Positions 25,571 through 38,100 of a DNA stretch of 52,542 nt are shown here, piece after piece; positions within the stretch are counted from its first letter, which is position 1, and every line of letters begins with the position of its first letter. The position numbers were made by a program, and so were the translations under genes. The stretch comes from Thelocarpon superellum (lineage: Eukaryota). The notes beneath the pieces are model-generated. The model was not told the origin of the DNA. It saw nothing but the letters and a program-made list of their open reading frames with translations, and searched no databases. The DNA is taken from NCBI GenBank assembly GCA_026025795.1, contig JAPEUG010000007.1, forward strand, positions 62,001-114,542. Direction: 5' to 3'.

Positions 25571-25860
25571 TGACACAGAAGGCCTCCGAGAGGTTAGGTA
25601 TTAATGCGTCCTCGCTGTCTAGGGTGCTCCTAGATGTTAGGTCGCGCATTGGTACGATTATCAGAAGTACTTCTAGAAATCATTAGTTGAACTACGCGGA
25701 CTTGTTGGAGTGCCGCCAGATATTAGAGTGCAAATGGCCGTAAGTTGTAGGAGGCGCTTCTAAACATCACAATTCAGAATACAAATGACATCGGATGTGC
25801 TTCTCGGTATGAATCCCGAGATTGTACAATTAAACCGCTCGTTGTAGAGGACCCCCCTCT
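25571..25860. repeat. Phased motif array, block II: 6 units, period 43-44 bp
   Basis: Anchors at 25576, 25619, 25662, 25706, 25749 and 25792 (e.g. ATCAGAAGTACTTCT, ATCGGATGTGCTTCT); an off-register AGAGG-n5-CCTCT dyad at 25846-25860. Confidence 0.75.
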
Positions 25861-25877
25861 TCTCTGAGAATCAGTGT

Positions 25878-26057
25878 TGTTACGACAGGCGGCCTCAAGT
25901 ACTAATTGATTCAATCAAGCATGTTACATCTGTCAGTGTATGTATTACGTAGGCACCAACAGGTGATATGATCACGTGATTCTAAGTCAATAGTATGTAG
26001 TTGTAGCTAGCTAGTCAAAGTAATGAACCAATTTTCAACCTTATCATGTACAATACA
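25878..26057. mobile_element. Solo LTR, 180 bp
   Basis: TGT...ACA termini flanked by a perfect 5-bp duplication AGTGT (25873-25877 and 26058-26062); no second copy seen in the window. Confidence 0.75.
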
Positions 26058-26238
26058 AGTGTTGTAGGAGCATGCATGTGACCAAGTCATGTGCCCACTC
26101 CTATTACAATCCTGGCTACATGTAGATTAGCAATTCAGCTCTGATTTCTACATCTGGTAGCAACATGAGAGGTTATATCAAGATCAAGTCCTCTAGGAGC
26201 CTAGGATTGGAGCTCCCAACCATGAGCAACCATACAAC

Positions 26239-29200
26239 TGTCATGGATGTACTGTACAGTAGTATACCTAGTATCGCGATGTCATGTGATGAGTCACATG
26301 ACGCCGCATCACAGTATATAGGCTTAGCTAGCGAGCTAAGTTAATGAAGCATCTTACATCCCACTCATTGTACAGTATAGCTGTTACAAATGGTAGCAAC
26401 ACCATCGTTTTCTCTTGTCTGATTGTCTGTGGTTCCATCAGAGACTGGACCATCGTTGACAACAGCAGAGAGACAACAGAGTATCCTGCCCTCTGGTCAA
26501 GATCCTGGACAAGCCAGGGGTGAGCTATGACATTGTCGTCCTGCTCCCCACCATCCACAGACAAGCCTCGAGCTCCCACCATCAACAGTTGAGCCCCAAG
26601 CTCCCACCGCCATTCAGCCATCGAGCCACCCATCAGTTGACAATCCATTGTCACTACCACCATCCCTCCACTGTCACTGTCAGCTGCCTTACCACTGTGA
26701 CACCCTCGTCCCCAGCTGCCTGGTGTCTCTGTATGGGCCATGCCTAGGGCCCAGCTGAACAAGTCAACAATCCTTCTCAGCCGCCAGCTCCAGTCCTTTG
26801 AACAGAAGACGTCCAGCTATTCCTTGCTGCCCCACATCAAAGACCTGGTCGATCTGCTTCCACCTACTGACACAGACACATCAGTACCATGTTATTGGTC
26901 GACAACGTCACTGACATTTTGTACCGCTCTTGGACGCTTCGAGCAAGAGGCTTCTGTCCTCGTGTCCAGACGTAGCAGACTCCGCCAATCAGACATCCCA
27001 CAAGCTCTGTCAGCAAAGGCAGACACCTACAACAAGCTAGTTAGTGACAGAGAAGCCGAAGTTGACAGCAGTCAACAACAGCCTGATTCTGCTTACTGTG
27101 GTGATACAGACGAGCAGCTCGACGACAAGCCACTGGACATTCCCAAGCCAGCTGGCATACCTGTACTACTGACCAACCTCACTGTCAGTACACCAGACCG
27201 TCCCAAGCGACCAGACGTCCCACAATTCCCACAAGAGGCACCATCTCGCCATCCTCGTTCCATGTCTAGATACCAAGCTACTGCAGGACTGTCTTCGACC
27301 ACGTCGCCTCCAGTCATGGCAAACGACAGCTTCACCCCAACTATGCTTGAGCAGATGCGAGCACTGATCTCCAGCGTCATCGACGAACAGCTCGACAAAT
27401 AAGCTGGGAACTCTGCAGGCAACTCTGGTCAAACAACCAATGCCTCCACCTCTGTGGCTCGTCCTTTGGAGCAACCAACAGATGTCGCCAACAACGCCTC
27501 AGTCTTCAAGGCCAAGGACCTTGGCTTCTTCGACCTAGTCCCTGATGCCTCCAACCATAGCACTGCTTGTGGGAAGGATAGGATCTTCTGTAACGTCTAC
27601 AACTTCACCACAAACGCCTGAGTGCAAGCCAAGACTGCTAGCCATGCTGTCCTTCAGCGAAACATCCACAAATGCTTCCTGAACAAGGCGAATTTGTGGT
27701 ACACCAACAAGCTCTCAGAGCTTCAGTGGACAGGCCTACAACACAGTGCCAATATCAAAGCCTGGTGCAAGCTTCTGGAGAAACGGTTCCAGGACTCCCC
27801 AGGCAAGTCCTTGGCTACACTCGAGTCAATCCGGTACACAGTCGAGGACGCCTGACATCGACAAGATCCTGCCAACTACATTCAGCTAATCGTCACCCAC
27901 AGTCACAACACCAGTGTGGTCTGCAACGACTACACCCACTGCCTGACAGCATACAAGCATCTCAATGCTGCGTTGCGTGTGACACTCCCACAAATGCACA
28001 GCAGGATGACTGTCCCTGACCTCATCAAGTCCATGAATGAAATGAAGCACTCGTGGTACAACCTGTACCCACCACGCAACCACAGTAAATCCAGCCATTT
28101 CTTGTCTCCGTTCTCCTCTTCTTTGTCATTGTCAACACCCTCGTCGGCTTTTCCTTCATCGTCTACTGGATCCGGACCTGGATCCGGACTGGGCTACTAT
28201 AGCCACTGGGCCAATCGAGCTGACAACCCACAACAGGCAAGCAGACAACCTGTGCGAAACGAGCGACAGGGACAAAACGACTGGCGCGACTGAGCCGACC
28301 AGCCACCATACGATTGCGACGATCGACGAGAAGGCCCACACAACAACCTGCGAGATCCTGTCAAGCTTCCAGCTCCATGGTATGGGCAGAATCGCCCATG
28401 GAATGGGCTGCGTCGTGACAGCCGTGGCGCGCCTGTGCGCGCTCACCAGGCCAACGCTGGCCCCTCCAACACCAGCCCTGACAACGACAACATCCATGAC
28501 AATGGCTTCGCTGGCTATGCTGAGGCGTATAACAAAGACCATTTGGCATACTGGACTGGCCAGGGCCTCCTCTACAGTGGAGGTCCTGCCTCAGAAGAGC
28601 TGGCTACCAACAACGACGATACTATGGGCCCAAGCCCAGTCATCTGTCGTTGTCTCAACTGCGAGCGGATGTTTCCATTGTCCACCAAGCTCCACTCGCA
28701 TCTCCACAGCAGATGCGGCAAAGCCGCCAGAGCCATCAAGGCTGCTGCTATGAGCGTTGGATTGAACGACGCAGACGCTGCCGCTGCTGCACCTCTCACT
28801 GCCACTGCCAGAAAGGCTGCCACAACTGATGCTGCCACAACAACCAGCAAGTTGGCTGCAGTCAACAACCACACCATTATCGAATCAGACGCCGCTGGCA
28901 CAACCAGACCAGGATTCGGATTCCGCGATTGGCGCTACACCACTATGCCAGCCCAATTGACTCCTGACACCAAAGCAGAACCAGTCTGCCTCGACTCCAG
29001 ATGTGCTATTAGCCTGATCGATTGACAATTCCTGCAGTCGCAGGTGCCCAACGCTGTTGTCAAGCGCCTCGGCTCTCCTGTGACTGTCTGCAGAATATCT
29101 GCTAACCATCACGACACCAGTGAGTTTGTTGAGACAACACTCTACATTGATGGTGTCAGCTACACCAACAGCACACAAGACAGAAAGCCCATCACTGCTA

Positions 29201-32200
29201 AAATCGCGTGGGAATTCCATGTCGTGGATGGTCTCGAGGCCAAGCTCTTGATTGGCGTCGATGTCATGGGTCCTGAGGGGATGTCCCTCAACCTCTGCAA
29301 CTGGACCACAACTATCTATAGCTGTGGTAACACTGTCATCCCGCTGACTGTGACTCCCTCAGGCAATCCGACTGCTGTCAAGATTAAGGCAAAAAGGTGC
29401 ACAACAGTTGCGCCTCGAGCCATTGCCCAAGTCGCCATCAATGGTGCCACCAAGACAGTTCCACCAGGGCAAGACTGCCTATTCGAGCCTCACTTCGACA
29501 GCGCCTATGTGCATGTTGTCAACCACTCCATGACACACATCCTTGTCACCAATGAGAGCGACAGTGAACTTGTCATTCCTCAGAACGCCCACCTTGGTGA
29601 TGTCGTTCCCTACAAAATGGACAGATGCTTCCTGGCATCACCAGACAATCACTTGCTCACCACAGCTTCACCGTCGCACCTGTTGGGCACTCGGCCCACC
29701 AAGAACTGGGCCCACACAGCCACCAAAGCTGTTGTGACAGCCACAGCCTTCCATACCACCCTGAAGGCAGTGGCCCTGTCCACGCACACCAGCCTGACCA
29801 GCGTTGTCAAACCGAACTACAATGCGCTGCTGGAGCTGGTCATGCCCAACAGTGTGACGCTCTATGCAGGTGGAGACCCCAACAACATCGAGCGCCTCGC
29901 CGACCTCCTCGACAATCATGCACAGCTCTTCATCAACACTGGCAACACTGTTGACATTCCAGAAACAGAATGGATGACTATTCCTCTTGTCGATGATTGG
30001 TCGACCTAGTACAAGGCTGGTAACGCCAAAGTATACCCTGTTGGCCCAGCCGACCGAGCTGAGATCAATCACAAATTCGACCAGCTGCACAAGCAAGGAT
30101 GTCTTGAGTGGTCAAACCAGACAACGCCATTCTCCTTCCCCTGCTTCGTCGTTTGGAAGACTGTGCCCAATGGCACACAGAAGGGCTGCGTTGTCATCGA
30201 CATACACACTCTCAACTGTATCACTGTGCCAGACACCTACCCTATGCCAGCTCAGAGCGATATTATCGCTACAGTACACAGAGCGACCCATATCTCGACT
30301 GTCGACTGCTCTGCGTTCTTCCACCAGTGGAGGGTTGCACCAGCCAACCACCACAAGCTCGCTGTCGTCTCCCACCAAGGACAAGAGACATTCAACATCA
30401 CTGTTATGGGATATTGGAACTTGCCAGCATATGTGCAACAACAAATCGACAAGATCCTACAGGATTACTGCACCTACACACACGCCTACATCGACGACAT
30501 CACCATCTTTACAACTGGGTCGATCAGCAACCACATCGACACACTCAATCAGGTTTTCCACCAGCTACGTCGCTACAATGTGGCACTCTCTGCCAAGAAA
30601 TCGTTCTTGGCCTATCCTTCAGTCGCCCTTCTGGGGCAACGAGTTGACTGCTTTGGCCTCACGACAGCAGAGGACAAGCTACACACCATCATGAGGCTTC
30701 AGTTTCCTTGGACACTCCGCCAACTCAAGACCTATCTCGGAATGACAGGCTACTTGCAGCAATACATGCCGTTCTACACCCAAATCGCCGCACCTCTACA
30801 AGCGCAAAAGACCTGACTGACAGCTACAATCCGCGACTCTAGCACAACAGGACAGTATAAGCGCCAATCGTCTCGACTGCTGCTGGTGACACTGTCGAGC
30901 AAAGAACTCGACACATTCCACCAGCTGCAGCAGATGTTTTCCCAGCCGACAGTCCTAACGCACTTCAACCTGTCACACCAGCTGTACATCGACCTCGACG
31001 TGTCCAAAACCTTCAGCTTTGGCACAATGGTTTACCATTCAAAGGTGGATAACACAATGTTGACTGCAGTCAACATCGCCACTTCGCTGGACACGCCGTC
31101 GGGGACAGCGACAACAATTGCTCGCCCAACAACTACAACGCCATTAGCGACTGTACATCCAACAACGCTGGCACCACCAAAGAAGTCGGACATCCAGCTG
31201 ATACTGTTCCTCAGCAAGCTGCTGAGCAGGCCAGAAACGCACTACTGGCCCACAGAGCTGGAAGTCGCCACACTCGTGTGGACAGTGCAGAAGATCCGAC
31301 ACCTTGTTGAGTCAACCACCACAACGATGATCGTTTACACCAACCATAACACCACAGTAATGATCACCCACCAAACAACGCTAGTGACAACCACAACCAA
31401 TCATTTGAACCTACAACTGATCTGTGTGTTGGAATACCTCCAGCGGTTCAACCTTGACATGCGATACCACTCTGGGGTCTCTAACAAGGTTCCTGACACA
31501 CTGTCGAGACTCGTCCAGCACAACGCAGAAGACAACAACGCACCAAGCGACGCTGCAGATACACCAATGGATGTCGCACACACACGCCTGGCCAACCGCT
31601 TCAGACAACTACCACTACCCACCAGCACCAAGGCCACACCGACGACCAACAACAGCATACTCGACGCACTCCACAGAGAACCTGCGTATACATACACAGG
31701 GGCACTTGTCGAGATGTTGGACAAATTCAAGCAGCGTCTGCTTGACAGATATTCCGAAGACCCGCGCTGGGCCTGCATACGCAACCAGCTTGACACCAAC
31801 GACGCTCTTGGCGCCAATGCCACAGAGCTACCATTCGTGCGAAGAGACAGCGTGCTGTACCACGTCGCACACAAGGGCCTCGAGCGACTGGCCATTCCAC
31901 AAACCATTGTTCGTGACATGTTTCGTATGGCTCACAACAACCTCAGCCACCCAGGATTCCACCAGGTCCATGCCCGCCTTGTCGACACAGTCTGTATCCA
32001 TCAGATGGCAACGCAATTACAGGCCTACTTACGCCACTGCCCTGACTGCCAGAAGATGGCAACGCCACAGCACAGCCTGTACAGCTCAATGCAGCCAATC
32101 CGATCTCTGCCAGCACCATTCCATACCATCACTCTGGATTTCATCCTGGGCTTGCCAACATCGACATTGTCGACTGGCAACACCAACTGCATCATGTCAG

Positions 32201-33557
32201 TCACAGATAAATTCAGCAAACAGACAACCTTCCTCCCTGGCTGTACAACTTATGACACTACCATGTGGGCAATGCGGCTCCTCGAGCGCCTTGCCTTCGC
32301 AGATTGGGGTCTTCCCACTGTCATTCTTACAGACTGCAACCTGAAGTTCCTCAGTGAGCTATGGTGCCAGATTTTCGCCCAGCAGAAGGTCTGCCTTGTT
32401 TATTCAGCGTTGTACCATCTGCAGACTGATGGCCAATCAGAGCAAACAAATCAGACAGCAGAGATCGCGCTTCGGTACCTGATCGCTGGCCTCGATAAGC
32501 CAGCAGAATGGCCAAGCCTCTTGCCTCAGCTGCAAGAGACACTCAACAATTCTGTCTCTGTTGCCAGACAATCCACCAACAAGATCGTTTACAGCTTTTG
32601 CCTGCGCAAGCCGATCGACCTCCTACATGCCACCGATGATAAGGCCAGCAGCACAGGAACAGAAGCAGAAGCCACAAACCACGACACAGAACATGCAGCT
32701 ATACGCGCTGACATCACAACAGCTCTCGACTTCGCCTGCATGACAGCAAAGCTGCACTACAACTGTCGACATACTGCGTGATTTCTCGACATCGGCGACT
32801 CTGTCATGCTGCAGCTACACCGCAGCTACCATCTCCTCGACAAGACAAGTCGCAAGACTGGCTAGCAATTTGCTGGACCTTTCCGTGTCGTCAAGCGCAT
32901 CAGGTGTCTCACGTACCACCTGAACTTTCCATCAAGTTGGAAAGTTCATCCAGTTGTGTCAATCGCGCACTTGGAGCTGGTACCACCACCCTTGGACAAT
33001 CCATTCAACCAGGCGCATCCCACAGAGCCGCCAGCTGTCACAGTCGGTGACAAGCCAGACCACTACAAGATCGAACACCTCCTCGATCGACAGATCATCC
33101 AACACAGACATGGTGTCTCATGCCAATATCTTGTCCACTGGAAGGGTTATGACAAATGCCACAACCAGTGGTACACCCTACACCAGCTGGACCACACGAA
33201 AGAGCTCGTGGACAACTACAATCGAGCCAACCCGCTCCCAGCATTCACGACCTGATGTCATGACGCTGGTATCTCCACTCGACTGCCTTGTTGACAGCAG
33301 TCACCTTTCGCTATGGAACAACCAATATGCTATACGACTACGACTACATCTTACACTGGAATGGAATGGGACAACAGGGCGTTGTCATTTCTTCAATTGC
33401 CAGCACTTGTCACAGACGTACTGTACAGTAGTATACCTAGTATCGCGATGTCATGTGATGAGTCACATGACGCCACATCACAGTATATAGGCTTAGCTAG
33501 CAAGCTAAGTTAATGAAGCATCTTACATCCCACTCATTGTACAGTATAGCTGTTACA
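26239..33557 (+). mobile_element. Element B: full-length chromodomain-bearing Ty3/Gypsy element (7.3 kb) inserted in the 5' leader of A
   Basis: 150-bp LTRs at 26239-26388 and 33408-33557; perfect TSD ACAAC; PBS TGGTAGCAAC at 26391. Confidence 0.96.
26740..33255 (+). pseudogene. Element B single-frame gag-pol (Gag, protease, RT, RNase H, integrase, chromodomain) with premature stops
   Basis: ORF pieces starting at 26740, 27622, 27916, 28435, 29044, 30163, 30886 and 32956 are all in one frame. Motifs: CLDSR (protease, G->R), AYIDD, YWPTELEV, HTITLDFILGLP, QTDGQSEQTNQ, YLVHWKGY. The stops are TGA/TAA/TAG, compatible with C->T changes. Confidence 0.93.
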
Positions 33558-33653
33558 ACAACCAAGTTGTAACCTCATATGACAAGAAGCAGCTCTAGGC
33601 AACAGAGCACAGTTGATATCCTAGACCCTGTCCTACAAGGGCCCCTAGGGACC

Positions 33654-36600
33654 ATGGCTGGTGAACCTAGTGAGTGTATGATGGACCTGGACACCTTGAT
33701 TGATCACTGACAGCCTCTAGGCCCACTAAATGACCTCTAGCAAGACTCCCTAGCACAGGGCCTAGCAGAGGATTGTAATGTGTTGTTGGACACAGCAAGT
33801 GCAGAATTGCAGTGTACAGCAGTGATTACCCTAGTTTGATTGATGTATCAACCTCTGCTAGCACAAATGGCAGCTCTAGAGAAGTTTGATAGCAAGATGA
33901 ACAATAGTGCAACAATTTGGAAATGGCTTGAGATTATGGAGACCTATCTACAAATGACAGAGATCCTAGTTGAGAAGTGTACAAGCTTTGCCTTGTCATA
34001 CCTGAAGGGCCTAGTGTGTAGCTAGTATACCTAGTAGGTGATTCAACAGGTTAAGGGACTAGGTGATACATGGCAGGATTTCAAGAGGCTGGCTCTTGAG
34101 AAGTTCTATGATCACAACAGTGAGGAGAAAGTGTATAACAAGCTCCATTCCATGCAATTCTGGAATGGATTAATCTCAGACTTCAACAACAACTTCTACA
34201 ACATGTAGCTTAGTTGTGGCAAGAAGGTCAACAAAGATGTGGCAATGACAGTGTATACTTAGACACTCCTAAGAAACACCAAATTTGATGTTAAGGGAGC
34301 AAGGCCACAGAACCTGAGAGAGGCTATGATTGAGGCTGAACATGTAGAGGAGAAGAATAGACCCCACTTCTAGAGGGTTCCTCAATCAGTCAGCTACCCT
34401 CTACAACTAACAGCTATCAACACTATGTAGTCACAACTATACAAATGTTGTAGAACACAAGGAAGGGGTTACAGATGTGGTGGAACTAGAACACCATGTC
34501 TAGTGATGTGCTAGACATGCCAAAAGACAGGGCATATCTCAAGAGACTGCCTAGGGAAAGGACAGGCCTGTATGACTTAACAGAATTGTATAGGCTAGAA
34601 CATACACTGTCTATCAAGCTGAAGACACTAGCTGTGAATGGTGTGATGGGGGTGTAGGAACCCCATAGGGCTATGAGGACACTTGTATAGCCTGGAGGAA
34701 TGGACTATATATCAGCAAGATTGAGAGTGATATCACTAGAATCCTCAAGTGTCTGGATTAACAGAAGGATGTACAGGAGGACTATACAATTTCTAGTGGA
34801 TAGTGGAGCTATGTATCACTTCATATCCTAGAGACTAGTGAACAAGTTGGAATTAGTAGTGACACCTACAGAAGGACATGTGGATCTTGGAGGAAACAAG
34901 AACATGTAGACACTTGATATCAAGGGATTTGTACACTACTAATAGACCTGCAGAGCATTCAAGAATAACACAGATTTCATTGTAGTGGATATAGAAGCAG
35001 ATGCCATCCTAGGACAGGACTTCCATCATCAATATCAAGCAATCTAGGACTATGATAACAGTAGTGTCATTATACAAAAGGATGGAGCAACCCACATGCT
35101 ACACAGATTGGAAGAACAACACAGGACAATTGACAATCCAAAGCTATAGCACTTCAACCTAGCTAGCTATAGGGAGCTGCAGCACTAGCTGGACAGTGAG
35201 ACAGAGTTTAGCCTACACTTTGTACAGCTGCAACACAACAACAAGAAGGACAGGAGTGCTTAACAGAAGCACTAAACAAACCATTCAACAGGAGACCCCA
35301 AACTTGACTATGAGCTAGGCCCTCTCCTGCAACAGTTCTGTACAGAGCTTCCTAAGAGAGCACTACCACCCTTAGACATCAATCACCAAATAGATATAGG
35401 AACAGCTACCCCTATCTGCAAGAATCCATACCCCTTATTAAAGGAGTAACTGGATGAGTAGAATTGACAGATCTAGTACCTACTAGAATGTGAGCTTATA
35501 CATCCAAGCTCATCACTATAGGGAGCACCTATTCTATTTGTCAAAAAGAAGAACAAGGAATAGAGGATGTGTATCAACTATTAAGCTATCAACACAGTCA
35601 CTATACAGAACAGTTACCTGCTTCCTTGGATACAGGACTGCCTTGATTTTGTAGGAAAGGCTAGGATCTTCAGCAAGATAGATCTATTAGTAGGATACTA
35701 GCAAGTCAATGTTGTAGAAGTGGATTGATATAAGACAGCTTTCACAACATGTATAGGAAAGTACAAGTAGTGTGTAATACCATTTGGTCTTACTAACACA
35801 CCTGGATCCTTCTAGGAGATGATGAACAACCTGTTTAGAGACATGATCAACAAGTTTGTCATCATCTACATCAACAATATCCTCATATACAGTGACAATT
35901 GTATGTCACACCTGACACATGTACAATTGGTCTTTGAACAGCTCTAGCTATGTAGCCTATAGGCTAAGCCATCAAAGTGCACATTCCTTGTCAAATCAAT
36001 TAAGTTCATTAGGCACATTCTAGAAGGGGGAGAGGTGTGTATAGAGGACAATAAGCTCCATACAATCAAGGAATGGCCACCCCTTAGGACAACACACAAA
36101 GCACACATGTTTCTAGGACTCTGCTCCTATTATTGACAATTCATTAAGGACTTTGCTATCCTCACAGCTCTGCTCTACACCTTGATCTATAGGGCTTAGA
36201 ATGTATAGCATCAACCTGTATGTTGGACTGTGTTGTGCAAAGCAGCATTTGACAAGCTTAAGAGCAAGATAGCTAGTGATGTTGTCCTAGCTCAACTAGA
36301 CTACAACAAGCTGTTTATCATTAAGACAGACACCTTGGACTACACCTAGGGTGCTGTTCTGCTGCAGAACACAGATGTACAAACTGAACAACTAGTAGTG
36401 TTTGACAGCAAAGCATTTACTAGTGCAGAACAGAACTACACAACTCATAAACACAAGCTTCTAGCTATCAAGATGGTGTTGAGGAAATGGAGAGTCTACA
36501 TCTAGAATAGCCACAAGACAATTGTATGGACAGACCACAGGAGCCTGCAATACCTGAAGACAACAAAGAACCCCTTAGATCAACTAGCAAGATGGCTTTT

Positions 36601-37639
36601 GGAGTTCTAGGAGTACAACCTTGATATCATACACAAGCCTAGAAGTAAGATAATAGTGACAGACACACTATCAAGAAGAAGTGATTACCAGTGTACAGCT
36701 GCAATCAACACAATGGAATGGGTAGACTACATGCTAGAGTTCCTCAAGACAGGCACAAAGTCACTAGACAAGACAATTAACAAAGAGCTTAAGAAGCACA
36801 AGGACAAGCTTTGATTGGATGAGGACAGATGTACAGAACACTAGAACAGCCTAGAGGAGCCCTAGATCCCATATGTTGAGCTATGGAAGTGGACAAGTTT
36901 ATTAGATCACCTACATTATAACTATAGGCATGTTAGGAGACTCCTGTTAGAGAGCCTCCTAAGGACTAGGGGATGGTGGCCTATGTGGAGAAAAGACATA
37001 CAACACTATACATCCTACTGCAAAGAGTGCTAGCTAGCAGCAAAGCCACAAGATCAACTAGACAAGCTGCACCCCTCTATATCATGGGGTTCTACAGCAC
37101 TGAGGCCATTTCAGTGCTAGGGTCTAGACCTAATAGGCAAGCTTCCCTATACAGAGAAGGGAAACACCTGGATCATCACCATGATCAACTACACCACCAG
37201 GTGGCTAGTAGCCAAGGTAGTACCACAAGCAGACACAGAGACACTAGCAGACTTCATCTACAATAAGATCTATCTACTGTACAGTACACCTCAAGAGATC
37301 CTAACAGACCAAGGACTGAACCTATAGGTGCCAGCAATGGCTCTATTCCTGCAACAGATGAAGACAAAGCATCAAGGAACTACACCATATCACCTACATA
37401 TAAACAGACTAGTGGAATGACTGAACAGGATACTAGGCAGCATGCTGTCCAAGTACATCACCTATTAGCTACAACACAACTAGGACCTCTATGTGAAGCA
37501 GGCCCTGTTTGCTGCACATGTATGTACATATAAGACAACAACAATGTTGCCTTTCAAGCTGCTCTATAGTGTGGAGCCTCACCTCCTAGGTGATTAGGCA
37601 GGCCCAACACCCCTGACAGAGGATGAGCAAGAGGACCCT
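33654..37639 (+). pseudogene. Element A gag-pol, 5' part (Gag with CCHC knuckle, protease, RT, RNase H, integrase core), heavily mutated
   Basis: C*TCQKTGHISRDC at ~34508, LVDSGA at ~34793, YINN (mutated YIDD) at ~35865, IKTDT (IETDA) at ~36320, integrase-like sequence at 36900-37600; interrupted by element C. Confidence 0.9.
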
Positions 37640-38100
37640 GTGCCTGTGACAACAAAGGCCTACAGCTAGGTGGAAACAGTAGATGTAGTCAATGGAGTTG
37701 ACTATGTGGCTTCTAGGGCTCATAGACCTATGACTAGCCTCCTTGTGTTACTCAAGTTGAACACTGGGGCTCTGCTAGCTTGTAGTGGGACTTGGTTTAT
37801 ATACAGTATGCTAGGTTATGTGCTGTATCATGTGACTGTCACATGGCTATCACATGATCACTCTTATCCTTGTGGCAAGGTGTGGAGCTCCTGGCCTCAC
37901 AATTACCCCCTTCCTTAGCACTCTGTTCTAGGAGTGCACACAGCTATTTACCTGCTGCTATTGAACTAGTGGCCCTATGGGGTGGTTGTCAATAGCACTG
38001 TAGGGCTAGGGCAATGTGTTGTTGTTGTGTTGTAGTGAATTGCTGCTAATTTGCACATTGTTGATATTTGTTATAGGTCTGTTGACACTCTGCTTCTTCT

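Noticed and set aside
24797..25860. Calling the 43-bp array a CRISPR array
   Set aside because: Eukaryotic locus, no cas genes, and the repeats are only ~15 bp and degenerate; the resemblance is architectural only.
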